DNA from: Pseudobutyrivibrio sp. UBA1225 | GTDB taxonomy: Bacteria; Bacillota; Clostridia; Lachnospirales; Lachnospiraceae | Reading direction: 5' to 3' | NCBI GenBank assembly: GCA_002309345.1 | Contig: DBWZ01000094.1 | Coordinates: 13,950 to 77,949 of the forward strand | Length of the DNA stretch: 64,000 nucleotides | In this document: piece by piece, positions 39,122 through 48,124 of the stretch | Numbering within the stretch: the stretch's first letter is position 1 | How the letters are laid out: every line of letters starts with the position of its first letter | Position numbers and translations under genes: made by a program | The notes under the pieces: generated by a model | Database searches by the model: none | What the model was told of the DNA's origin: nothing | The model's input: only the letters and a program-made list of their open reading frames with translations

Positions 39122-39135
39122 ACTGAAAAGCTAAG

Positions 39136-39161
39136 GGGGACCGCGATAGCGGTGGATGAGG
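39136..39161 (-). repeat. REP-like palindrome, partial copy of the 41821-41998 element
   Basis: GGGGACCGCGATAGCGGTGGATGAGG is the reverse complement of 41825-41850 with one mismatch. Confidence 0.75.
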
Positions 39162-39179
39162 TGTAATGAGGTGTAATAG

Positions 39180-40769
39180 ATGTACAAAATAATGTTAGCA
39201 GACGACGAGGGAATAGTTATTGACTCCCTCAAATTCATAATAGAAAAGGAATTCGGCAGCATATGCGAAATCCGCACAGCCAAAACCGGGCGGCAGGTTA
39301 TCGAGTTGGCGGAGGAGTTTCAGCCAGACATAGCCTTCATGGATATTCAAATGCCTGGCATCAACGGCATTGACGCAATGCGAGAAATCAGAAGAACGAA
39401 TAACCACGTGGTATTTATAGTCATGACGGCATACGACAAATTCGACTATGCCAAAGAGGCTATATCCTTGGGAGTTTTAGACTATCTAAACAAGCCTGTT
39501 AGTCGAGATGCCATTGTTGCGGTATTAAAAAAGGCGATGCAAAGAATCGATGGTGAGCGCACCAAACGAAGCCACGACCTTAAGGTTAGAGAAAAACTTG
39601 AAACTGTGGTGCCTATCATAGAAAATGGTCTTATACAGGATTTATTATTTAAGGAGTATTTTAAAGAGGATATCGACAACTACAAAACATTGCTAGGAAT
39701 CGATTCCGAATATGGCTACATGGCCTGTATGGTGTTCGGTCGAGAGTTGGTAGGCAACTATATGACAAGCGCAGTTGCGGCGTCAATCCAAGCTCAAAAG
39801 GCCTACCGAGAGATACACACTATTACAGAAGATTACATAAAGGGAATCATCGGATCTGTTATGTCCAACAAGATTCCAATCTTGATTCCATGTGACAGCG
39901 ACACACTTTCCTATAATGAGAGAAATGCAATCGTGGAAAACGCCAGAGCACTCTGCAGAAAGCTGGCAGATCGCTTTGATATGGATTTCAGAGTTGGCTT
40001 TGGTTCGGTGAAGCCTTTGGATAGAATGTCTGAATCCTACGAAGAGGCAAATACAGTGTTGATAGCAAACACAAGCCACGTTGCCCATGTAGATGATATG
40101 CCAGTGGCATGCCAATACGAAGACAACTATCCAATGGAGCTGGAGAAGCGACTGTTTGATGAGATAGTCCTTGGAAACATCAACGAATCTGTGGCCACGG
40201 CGGCAGCATTCTTTGATTGGATGGAAACCAACTACGCCAACGACAACGATAGTATAAGGCTAAAATGTTTGGAGTTTGTACTTTGGGCGGAGCACGTTTC
40301 CTACGAAAAGACAGGTCGAATGTATGAGTTTAGGAGTAGGGCAAACTACCTGTCACAGCTACTTAATGTAAAGAGCCTTGCCGAGGTTAAGGTGTGGTTC
40401 ATAGAAAAAATAAAGGCGGCTGCGTTCTGGGTTTCAAACAAGCAGGAAGAGCAATCCATGAGCGTAGTAAACAAAGCAAAGCAGTATATTGACGAAAACT
40501 ACATGAAGGAGCTCACCTTAGATGATGTCTCTCGTGTGGTCAACATCAGTTCTTATTATTTTTCAAAGGTATTTAAGGAAGAAACGGGGGAAAACTTCAT
40601 AGATTACCTCACAAAGCTTCGTATCGAATCAGCTAAAAAGCTGTTGAAAACTACGAACAAATCTATGAAGGAAATTTCAGCGGAAGTGGGTTATTCGGAT
40701 CCAAATTACTTCTCGAGAAACTTCAAGAAGTACACAGGGAAAACTCCGACCGATTACGCTAAGGGATAA
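39180..40769 (+). CDS. Response regulator, REC plus AraC HTH (YesN family)
   Basis: LADDE, FMDIQMP, C-terminal SSYYFSKVFK and VGYSDPNYFSRNFKK. Confidence 0.93.
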   Translation: MYKIMLADDEGIVIDSLKFIIEKEFGSICEIRTAKTGRQVIELAEEFQPDIAFMDIQMPGINGIDAMREIRRTNNHVVFIVMTAYDKFDYAKEAISLGVLDYLNKPVSRDAIVAVLKKAMQRIDGERTKRSHDLKVREKLETVVPIIENGLIQDLLFKEYFKEDIDNYKTLLGIDSEYGYMACMVFGRELVGNYMTSAVAASIQAQKAYREIHTITEDYIKGIIGSVMSNKIPILIPCDSDTLSYNERNAIVENARALCRKLADRFDMDFRVGFGSVKPLDRMSESYEEANTVLIANTSHVAHVDDMPVACQYEDNYPMELEKRLFDEIVLGNINESVATAAAFFDWMETNYANDNDSIRLKCLEFVLWAEHVSYEKTGRMYEFRSRANYLSQLLNVKSLAEVKVWFIEKIKAAAFWVSNKQEEQSMSVVNKAKQYIDENYMKELTLDDVSRVVNISSYYFSKVFKEETGENFIDYLTKLRIESAKKLLKTTNKSMKEISAEVGYSDPNYFSRNFKKYTGKTPTDYAKG

Positions 40770-40780
40770 TTTGGAGGTTT

Positions 40781-41818
40781 TTGCTAATGAAGGTTTATGG
40801 AAGAAAGATGGCGGCGATGCTTCTAATGTCCAGCATGATTCTATGTGGATGTGGTAAAGCTGCCGAATTAGAGGAAGATACTAGTGTTAAGGGAGAAGAT
40901 ATAGAAATCGGGATGTGTTTTGATTCTTTCGTAATAGAAAGATGGGAGAAGGACAGGGATGTTTTTGTGGATACAGCAGCTGCCTTTGGTGCAACTGTCA
41001 ATGTCCAAAACGCCAACGGCGATGTAAACAAGCAGATTGAACAGATAGAATATCTCATAGACAAAAATGTAGATTGCCTAGTTATCATTCCGGTAGATTG
41101 CTCGGCATTAAAGGGTGTCTTGCAAAAAGCGGATAAGAAGGGGATACCAGTTGTTTCCTACGATAGACTAATCGCTGATGTAGGTTCCGACCTTTACATA
41201 TCCTTTGATAATGAAAAGGTTGGCGCTATGCTTGGTAAGTCAATTATTGACGCAGGTGCCAAATCAGTTGTTATGATTTGTGGACCGCTGACAGACAACA
41301 ACGTGCCTATGGTCAACAACGGCTTTAATAGGGTGATGGAAGAAAACGGTGTTGAGATACTCGATACATTCTATTGCGAGGGTTGGAAGGCAGAGCTTGG
41401 TGGTGCGTATATCTACGACAATATGGAACTAATCAAGAGCGCTGATGCCATCATGTGTGGCAACGATGATTTGGCTACTTCGGCTATCACGGCCTTGTCA
41501 GTTAGCCAGCTTGCCGGTGTCAAGCTAGTTGTTGGGCAGGATGCAGATTTGACTGCCTGTCAACACATAGTAGAGGGCACTCAGCTGATGACAGTCTACA
41601 AACCAGTTGGAAAGCTCGCTGAAAAAGCAGCCAAGCTTTCTGTTAAACTCGCCCGTGGTTCTGGAATCAATGCAGATGGCGAAATCGATGACGGTACTCA
41701 CAAGGTGCCATATGTGACGGTAGATCCAGTGGCTGTCAACAAGGACAATATGGATGAGGTAATCATAGAAGGCGGCTTCCACACCAAGGAAGATGTATAT
41801 ATGAATGTAGCAAACTAA
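40781..41818 (+). CDS. XylF-like sugar-binding lipoprotein
   Basis: Lipobox ILCGC, ERWEKDRD, VVSYDRLI, YISFDNEKVG, GQDADL. Confidence 0.87.
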   Translation: MLMKVYGRKMAAMLLMSSMILCGCGKAAELEEDTSVKGEDIEIGMCFDSFVIERWEKDRDVFVDTAAAFGATVNVQNANGDVNKQIEQIEYLIDKNVDCLVIIPVDCSALKGVLQKADKKGIPVVSYDRLIADVGSDLYISFDNEKVGAMLGKSIIDAGAKSVVMICGPLTDNNVPMVNNGFNRVMEENGVEILDTFYCEGWKAELGGAYIYDNMELIKSADAIMCGNDDLATSAITALSVSQLAGVKLVVGQDADLTACQHIVEGTQLMTVYKPVGKLAEKAAKLSVKLARGSGINADGEIDDGTHKVPYVTVDPVAVNKDNMDEVIIEGGFHTKEDVYMNVAN

Positions 41819-41820
41819 GG

Positions 41821-41998
41821 CCCCCCTCATCCACCGCTAGCGCGGTCCCCCTTCCCCCCAAGGGGAAGGCAAATATATAGGCTTCCCCCAGGAAAGGAGT
41901 CAAAAGGATGATTGCTGTAAGCAATCAACTTTTGTGCTCTAGTAAGCTTTAGCTTACAATAGGGGGGAAGCTGTCAGCAAAGCTGACTGATGAGGGGC
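41821..41998. repeat. REP/MITE-like element with imperfect terminal inverted repeats
   Basis: CCCCCTCATC...GATGAGGGG ends, CTTCCCCCC/GGGGGGAAG, internal hairpins. Confidence 0.65.
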
Positions 41999-42020
41999 AA
42001 ATAGCATAATTTTGTTCTGA

Positions 42021-42057
42021 GAAAAAAGGATTAGCACAAATATGTGCTAGTCCTTTT
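42021..42057. terminator. Bidirectional terminator
   Basis: AAAAAAGGATTAGCAC-AAATAT-GTGCTAGTCCTTTTT. Confidence 0.75.
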
Positions 42058-42212
42058 TACGTTCCAAAATCGATTTAGACAAAAATGTGCAGAAAGTGAC
42101 AACCATTTTCAGAACACAAAATGATATTCTTTTTTCAGAACAAAGATAGCTATTCAATTTCACAGAAATAGTTATCAAAAAATACCTTAATGAGAGGGAG
42201 GTTTTCACAGAG

Positions 42213-43343
42213 ATGAAAAAGAAATTATTAAGTGTACTTCTAACAGGTGCTATGCTTGCTTCAATGTTCGTAGGTTGCGGCGCTAGCACAGAGACAACAG
42301 ACAACGCTGGTGGCGGCGATGCAGCTAAAACAGAAGATAGCGGCTCAGCTGGTGGCGGCGCAAAGGGAACTAAGGTTGGTGTAGCAATGCCTACAAAGGA
42401 CCTTCAGAGATGGAACCAGGACGGTGCCAACATGCAGAAGGAACTTGAGGCAGCTGGATACGAAGTAGATCTTCAGTATGCATCAAACGATACCCAGACA
42501 CAGATTTCTCAGATTGAGAACATGATTAACTCAGGATGTAACGTTCTTGTAGTTGCAGCTATCGAGGCTTCTTCACTTGGTGAAGCTATGGATATGGCAA
42601 AAGAAAAGAACATCCCAGTTATCGCTTATGACCGTCTTATCATGAACACAGATGCTGTTTCATATTATGCAACATTTGATAATACTAAGGTAGGCGAGGC
42701 TCAGGGTCAGTTCGTAGTTGATCAGCTTGACTTAGATAACACAGATAAGACATTCACTATTGAGTTTACAGCTGGTGACCCAGGTGACAACAATGCTGGT
42801 TTCTTCTTTAACGGTGCTTACAGCGTACTTGAGAAATACATCAAGGACGGAACACTTGAAGTTAAATCTGGACAGAAAGAGTTCTCTGACGTAGCAACAG
42901 CAGCATGGGCTACAGAGACAGCTCAGTCACGTATGGAGAATATCCTTTCAACATACTATGCTGATGGAACAGACTTAGATATCTGCCTCTGCTCAAATGA
43001 TTCAACAGCACTTGGTGTTGAGAACGCACTTGCAGCAAACTACAAGGGTAAATATCCACTTATTACTGGTCAGGACTGCGATATCGAGAATACAAAGAAC
43101 ATGCTTAAAGATAAACAAGCTATGTCAGTATTCAAGGATACTCGTACACTTGCTTCACAGGTAGTTAAGATGGTAGGTCAGATCCTTAATGGCGAGAAGG
43201 TTGATGTAAACGATGAGAAGACATATGACAATGGTAATGGCATTGTTCCTTCATTCCTTTGCGAGCCAGAAGTTTGTACTAAAGAAAACTACAAGAAAAT
43301 CCTTATCGACTCAGGTTACTACACAGAGGATGACTTAAAGTAA
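42213..43343 (+). CDS. chvE: Multiple-sugar-binding lipoprotein (ChvE type)
   Basis: Lipobox FVGC, VAMPTKDLQRWNQDG, YYATFDN, TGQD. Confidence 0.8.
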   Translation: MKKKLLSVLLTGAMLASMFVGCGASTETTDNAGGGDAAKTEDSGSAGGGAKGTKVGVAMPTKDLQRWNQDGANMQKELEAAGYEVDLQYASNDTQTQISQIENMINSGCNVLVVAAIEASSLGEAMDMAKEKNIPVIAYDRLIMNTDAVSYYATFDNTKVGEAQGQFVVDQLDLDNTDKTFTIEFTAGDPGDNNAGFFFNGAYSVLEKYIKDGTLEVKSGQKEFSDVATAAWATETAQSRMENILSTYYADGTDLDICLCSNDSTALGVENALAANYKGKYPLITGQDCDIENTKNMLKDKQAMSVFKDTRTLASQVVKMVGQILNGEKVDVNDEKTYDNGNGIVPSFLCEPEVCTKENYKKILIDSGYYTEDDLK

Positions 43344-43532
43344 AATCGTTTGCTATATCAGCCTATGATGGGCTTAGTAAGTGATTAAAAAATTATATAG
43401 GGCGAGCTTGGCTCGCCCTATTTTAAAGGAAAAGAGATTAATTTGAAGAAGGTAAAAGATTAAATTTTTATCGTAACAATTGTCAAAGATCTAGTTAAAA
43501 AATAAGAATAGATATTTAGGGAGGAACCGCAA

Positions 43533-45059
43533 GTGGGAAATATAATACTTGAGATGAAAAACATCACAAAAGAGTTCCCAGGAGTAAAGGCCCTTGACAA
43601 CGTTAATCTGGTAGTAGAAGAAGGCGAAATCCACGCTCTTGTTGGAGAGAATGGTGCCGGCAAATCTACTTTGATGAATGTTTTAAGTGGTATTTATCCT
43701 TATGGTACTTACACTGGTGACATCGTGTACAAAGGCGAGGTATGTAAGTTCCAAAAAATCAAGGACTCTGAGGAAAAGGGAATCGTTATTATCCATCAGG
43801 AATTAGCGTTAGTACCTTACATGTCAATCGGGGAGAACATGTTCCTTGGAAATGAGCAGGGTAGCAAGGCTGCAATAGATTGGAATAAAACCTATGCCGA
43901 GGCTGATAAATTCCTTAAGATGGTTGGTCTTTCAGAGAGCAGCCGTACCTTAATCAAGGATATCGGTGTTGGTAAGCAGCAGCTTGTAGAAATTGCAAAG
44001 GCTCTTGCTAAGAATGCAAAGCTTCTTATTCTTGACGAGCCTACATCTTCACTTAACGAGAATGATTCACGCGCACTTTTAGATTTACTTCTTGAGTTCA
44101 AGAAGCAGGGACTGACATCTATCATCATTTCTCATAAGTTAAATGAGGTTTCGTATGTTGCAGATAAAATCACAGTAATCCGTGATGGTTCTACAATTGA
44201 AACACTTGATAAGGCCGTTGATGATATTTCAGAAGACAGAATTATCAAAGGCATGGTTGGTCGTGAAATGACAGACCGTTTCCCTAAGCGTACTGATGTT
44301 AAAATCGGTGACGTTGCAATGGAAATCAAGGACTGGACAGTTTATCACCCACAGTACGAAGAGCGTAAGGTGGTTGATGGCGTATCAATGAATGTTCGCA
44401 AGGGCGAGGTTGTTGGTATTGCAGGACTTATGGGTGCTGGACGTACAGAGCTTGCCATGAGTATCTTTGGTAAGGCCTATGGTACAAGAATCTCAGGCCA
44501 GCTCATCATTAATGGCAAAGAGGTAAAACTCAAGAACATTAAAGATGCAATCAAGCACAAGCTTGCTTATGTTACTGAGGATAGAAAGGGCAATGGACTT
44601 GTATTGACAAACCCTATCAAGGTAAACACTACTCTTGCTAATCTTTCAGCTCTCACCAAAAACAGAGTGATTGATAAGGATAAAGAGTACATGGTTGCTG
44701 AGGAATACAGGGACAAGCTCAAGACAAAGTGCCCTACAGTAGAGCAGAATGTTGGTAACCTTTCTGGTGGTAACCAGCAAAAGGTGCTCCTTGCAAAGTG
44801 GATGTTTGCAAATCCGGATATACTTATCCTGGATGAGCCAACTCGTGGTATCGATGTTGGTGCTAAGTACGAGATTTATTGTATTATCAATGATCTTGTT
44901 GCTGCAGGAAAATCAGTTATTATGATTTCTTCTGAGCTTCCAGAGGTACTTGGTATGTCAGATAGAATTTATGTAATGAACGAAGGCAAGATGGTTGGTG
45001 AAATGGCTGGGGCTGAAGCTTCACAAGAAAGCATCATGTCTTGTATCTTAAAATCATAG
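43533..45059 (+). CDS. gguA: Sugar ABC ATPase (GguA/MmsA)
   Basis: [10 protein letters not shown], two NBDs, [19 protein letters not shown]. Confidence 0.85.
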   Translation: MGNIILEMKNITKEFPGVKALDNVNLVVEEGEIHALVGENGAGKSTLMNVLSGIYPYGTYTGDIVYKGEVCKFQKIKDSEEKGIVIIHQELALVPYMSIGENMFLGNEQGSKAAIDWNKTYAEADKFLKMVGLSESSRTLIKDIGVGKQQLVEIAKALAKNAKLLILDEPTSSLNENDSRALLDLLLEFKKQGLTSIIISHKLNEVSYVADKITVIRDGSTIETLDKAVDDISEDRIIKGMVGREMTDRFPKRTDVKIGDVAMEIKDWTVYHPQYEERKVVDGVSMNVRKGEVVGIAGLMGAGRTELAMSIFGKAYGTRISGQLIINGKEVKLKNIKDAIKHKLAYVTEDRKGNGLVLTNPIKVNTTLANLSALTKNRVIDKDKEYMVAEEYRDKLKTKCPTVEQNVGNLSGGNQQKVLLAKWMFANPDILILDEPTRGIDVGAKYEIYCIINDLVAAGKSVIMISSELPEVLGMSDRIYVMNEGKMVGEMAGAEASQESIMSCILKS

Positions 45060-45073
45060 AAGGGAGAGAAAAC

Positions 45074-46237
45074 ATGGGTTCAATAGGAATGACATTAAAA
45101 AAATACACCATGGTAATCGCCCTGGTGGTTATTGTTGGTATCTTTTATGTAGGTACACATGGAAAAATCCTTTTACCACAGAATATCAATAATTTGCTTT
45201 CGCAGAATGCTTATGTATTCGTTCTCGCAACTGGTATGTTGCTTTGTATTTTAACTGGTGGTAACATCGACCTTTCCGTAGGTTCGGTAGTTTGCTTCGT
45301 CGGTGGCCTTGGAGCTCTTCTTATGAGCAAAGGCGTAAACGTAGTAGTAACAGTTTTGATTTTGTTGGTATGCGGTATCTTAATCGGTGCATGGCAAGCT
45401 CTTTGGGTTGCATATATTAATGTTCCGCCATTTATCGCAACACTTGCTGGTATGTATGCCTTTAGAGGTCTTTCAAACGTAATCCTTGATGGACACGTTG
45501 TTGCTATCGCAAACAAAGCATTCTTAAATGCGTTTGGCGGCGGTGCTGATTGCTACGTGCCTGATTTCATGGGTGGCAAGGCATTAAACATAACTTGTTT
45601 AACTGCTGCAGTCGTAGGAGTTGCTCTATTTGTATTAGCTGAGCTTAAAAATCGTATTTCGGCTAAGAGAAAGGGCTACGAAACATCAGGTATTATCGGT
45701 TTTGTAGTAAAGCTTGTTCTTGTATCTGTAGTTATCCTGTACTTGGCTTACAAGCTTGCTAAATACAAGGGTATTCCAACATCTCTGATTTGGATTCTGA
45801 TTATAGTGTTGGCTTATCACTACTTTACAACAAGGACAACAATGGGTCGTTACCTATATGCTGTCGGTGGTAATGAAAAGGCTACACAGCTTTCAGGTAT
45901 CAACACAAAGAAGGTTTACTTCTTTGCATATACAAACATGGGATTTTTAACAGCTATTGCTGGTATCCTTACAGTTGCTCGTGCAACTAATGCTCAACCT
46001 ACTTACGGTATGTTCTACGAAATGGATGCAATCGGTGCTTGCTTCATCGGTGGTGCATCTGCTTACGGTGGTACAGGTTCTGTATTTGGTGCAATCGTCG
46101 GTGCTCTTCTTATGGGTGTCATCAACCAGGGTATGTCAATCATGGGTGTAGATGCCAACTATCAGAAGGTAGTAAAGGGTATTGTACTTTTACTCGCAGT
46201 AATATTCGACGTTGTATCTAAGAAAGAAAAGAAGTAG
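45074..46237 (+). CDS. Sugar ABC permease (GguB/MmsB type), copy 1
   Basis: NIDLSVGS, PPFIATLAG, YAVGGN..SGI. Confidence 0.88.
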   Translation: MGSIGMTLKKYTMVIALVVIVGIFYVGTHGKILLPQNINNLLSQNAYVFVLATGMLLCILTGGNIDLSVGSVVCFVGGLGALLMSKGVNVVVTVLILLVCGILIGAWQALWVAYINVPPFIATLAGMYAFRGLSNVILDGHVVAIANKAFLNAFGGGADCYVPDFMGGKALNITCLTAAVVGVALFVLAELKNRISAKRKGYETSGIIGFVVKLVLVSVVILYLAYKLAKYKGIPTSLIWILIIVLAYHYFTTRTTMGRYLYAVGGNEKATQLSGINTKKVYFFAYTNMGFLTAIAGILTVARATNAQPTYGMFYEMDAIGACFIGGASAYGGTGSVFGAIVGALLMGVINQGMSIMGVDANYQKVVKGIVLLLAVIFDVVSKKEKK

Positions 46238-46253
46238 GAAGGAGGAGCGCAAA

Positions 46254-47435
46254 ATGTTAAACAAATTTTTAAACGGATTAAGAGATAATACAATGCTCAT
46301 TGTGCTAGTTGTCGTAGTGCTCTTCTTCAACTTTACAACACATGGTACGATGCTTCAGCCAAGTCAATTTAATGCATTGATTACGCAAAATGCTTATGTA
46401 TATGTTCTTGCAACTGGTATGCTTATGTGTATGCTTACCGGTGGTAACATCGATCTTTCATGCGGTTCATTCGTATGTTTGGTAGGTGTTTTCGGAGCAA
46501 AAATAATGGTTACAAAGGGCTTACCAATATCACTTGGAATCATAGTAATGCTTCTGATTGGTATCGTGTATGGTTGCCTTCTTGGATTCATAATTGCATA
46601 TGTAAACATTCCGCCATGGATTGCTACACTTGCAGGTTTCCTTGCACTTAGAGGATGGGGTGTTGCACTTATGAAGGGTGCTTCAAACATCAGCCCACTT
46701 CCAGCATCATTCTGTAATGTGTTCACAGGCAAGATGAACGACTTGTTTGGCGGTCCACGTATAAATGGTGTGCAATACAACATGACAAGTATAGTTGTTG
46801 GTGTTGTTATCTGCTTAGTTGCAGCATTCTTATTATTCAATGGACGTGCAACAAAGCTTAAGAAGGGATATCAGGCAGACAGCCTCGGTACAGTTATTTT
46901 CAAGACAGTAGTTATCTGTGCAGCTATCATGCTCTTTGCATACAAGCTCTCACTTGCAGGTGGTATTCCATTTGCACTCCTTTGGGTAGCAGGTATAGTA
47001 GTAATCTACAGCTTCATTACTTCAATGACTGATTTCGGACGTTACTTCTACACAATCGGTGGAAACGCAGAGGCAACACGTCTTTCTGGTATTGATACAA
47101 AGTTAATCATGTTCTTTGCATACTTGAACATGGCTATTCTTACAGTTGTTTCAACATTCCTTACTATGTCACGTTTCCAGGCGGCTAACTCTACAGCTGG
47201 TACAAACTACGAGATGGATGCAATTTCAGCATGCGTAGTTGGTGGTGTTTCAGCTTACGGTGGTTCTGGTACAGTATTTGGAATGATTATCGGTGCTACA
47301 CTTATCGGTGCTATCAACCTTGGTATGTCACTTATGGGTATCGATGCAAACTGGCAGAAGGTTGTAAAGGGTGTCGTACTTCTGGGTGCAGTAGTATTCG
47401 AAATCCTTAACAATAAGAAAAAGGCAGTGAAATAA
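46254..47435 (+). CDS. Sugar ABC permease (GguB/MmsB type), copy 2
   Basis: NIDLSCGS, PPWIATLAG, YTIGGN..SGI. Confidence 0.88.
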   Translation: MLNKFLNGLRDNTMLIVLVVVVLFFNFTTHGTMLQPSQFNALITQNAYVYVLATGMLMCMLTGGNIDLSCGSFVCLVGVFGAKIMVTKGLPISLGIIVMLLIGIVYGCLLGFIIAYVNIPPWIATLAGFLALRGWGVALMKGASNISPLPASFCNVFTGKMNDLFGGPRINGVQYNMTSIVVGVVICLVAAFLLFNGRATKLKKGYQADSLGTVIFKTVVICAAIMLFAYKLSLAGGIPFALLWVAGIVVIYSFITSMTDFGRYFYTIGGNAEATRLSGIDTKLIMFFAYLNMAILTVVSTFLTMSRFQAANSTAGTNYEMDAISACVVGGVSAYGGSGTVFGMIIGATLIGAINLGMSLMGIDANWQKVVKGVVLLGAVVFEILNNKKKAVK

Positions 47436-47467
47436 ATAACAATTTTACGGTCTTCATTTTATTCTCT

Positions 47468-47503
47468 AAAGGGGCTCGCAGCTCAAGGCTGTGAGCCCTT
47501 TTT
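47468..47503 (+). terminator. Terminator of the ABC operon
   Basis: GGGCTCGCAGC-TCAAG-GCTGTGAGCCC-TTTTT. Confidence 0.85.
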
Positions 47504-47505
47504 GG

Positions 47506-47560
47506 GTGTGCGCCTAGCGGCGCACGTTTCTAACGGGTTCAAGTCCCGAACATGCCCGCA
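47506..47560 (+). mobile_element. 5' remnant of a class C (IIC) group II intron
   Basis: GTGTGCGCC..GGCGCAC..TAACGGGTTCAAGTCCCGAAC starts 2 nt after the terminator U-tract and resembles the recalled IIC 5' end (GUGUGCCCGGCAUGGGUGCA..GGGUGAGAGUCCCGAAC); no IEP follows. Confidence 0.65.
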
Positions 47561-47609
47561 AGAATCTTTTCTCTTTGAACATCTTTAATACAATCACTTT
47601 TACAGCATC

Positions 47610-47805
47610 AAGTATTACTTTTGCTCATATTGAAGCAAAGTAATACTTTTTTGTTCATATTTCACTCTAAATTGTGAAAAACAAGTATTAGTCGACCTCA
47701 AATCAGGGCATACTAATACTTTTCAGTTTATAATTCATACAATTTCAGGAGTTTTTACTCACCTGAAGTATTACTGACCATACTATTTTGACAATAGTAA
47801 TACTT
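47610..47805. repeat. Array of three 39-40 bp palindromic units AAGTATTA(C/G)-N21/22-(G/C)TAATACTT
   Basis: Units at 47610-47648, 47683-47721, 47766-47805. Confidence 0.75.
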
Positions 47806-47916
47806 TTTATCCTTCTAATAGTATAGATTCCTGCTGGCAATTCCTTTTTTTGCCAGCAGAAAGTCATAAATCTTTGTGGTCTCCTTCCTTAAGTTGCTTG
47901 CAAGAAAGTTCCACAA

Positions 47917-48015
47917 ACTTGTACAGCATAAAGTGTACTTGTACACAATGGGAAAGCACGAAAATTGGCGGTGCAGTGGCAGGAAAATACAACTTGCGAT
48001 AATGGGTGTACAAGT
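47917..48015. promoter_or_regulatory. Candidate repressor sites upstream of araA (TGTAC motifs)
   Basis: ACTTGTACA at 47917, palindrome GTGTACTTGTACAC at 47933-47946, TGTACAAGT at 48007; resembles the B. subtilis AraR TGTAC/GTACA core. Confidence 0.5.
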
Positions 48016-48124
48016 TGTATTCTTGAATTAGTTGTTAATTAATTCTTGCGAAGGGGGCTTTGCTATTTGGGAAGCAAAACTTTTCTTAAGCAAGACATGG
48101 AAGGTAGTTTTGGGAGGTAATCAA

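Noticed and set aside
47610-47805. CRISPR array or integron attC array
   Set aside because: The units have variable cores rather than identical repeats; there are no cas or intI genes and no GTTRRRY ends. Kept only as an unexplained palindrome array.
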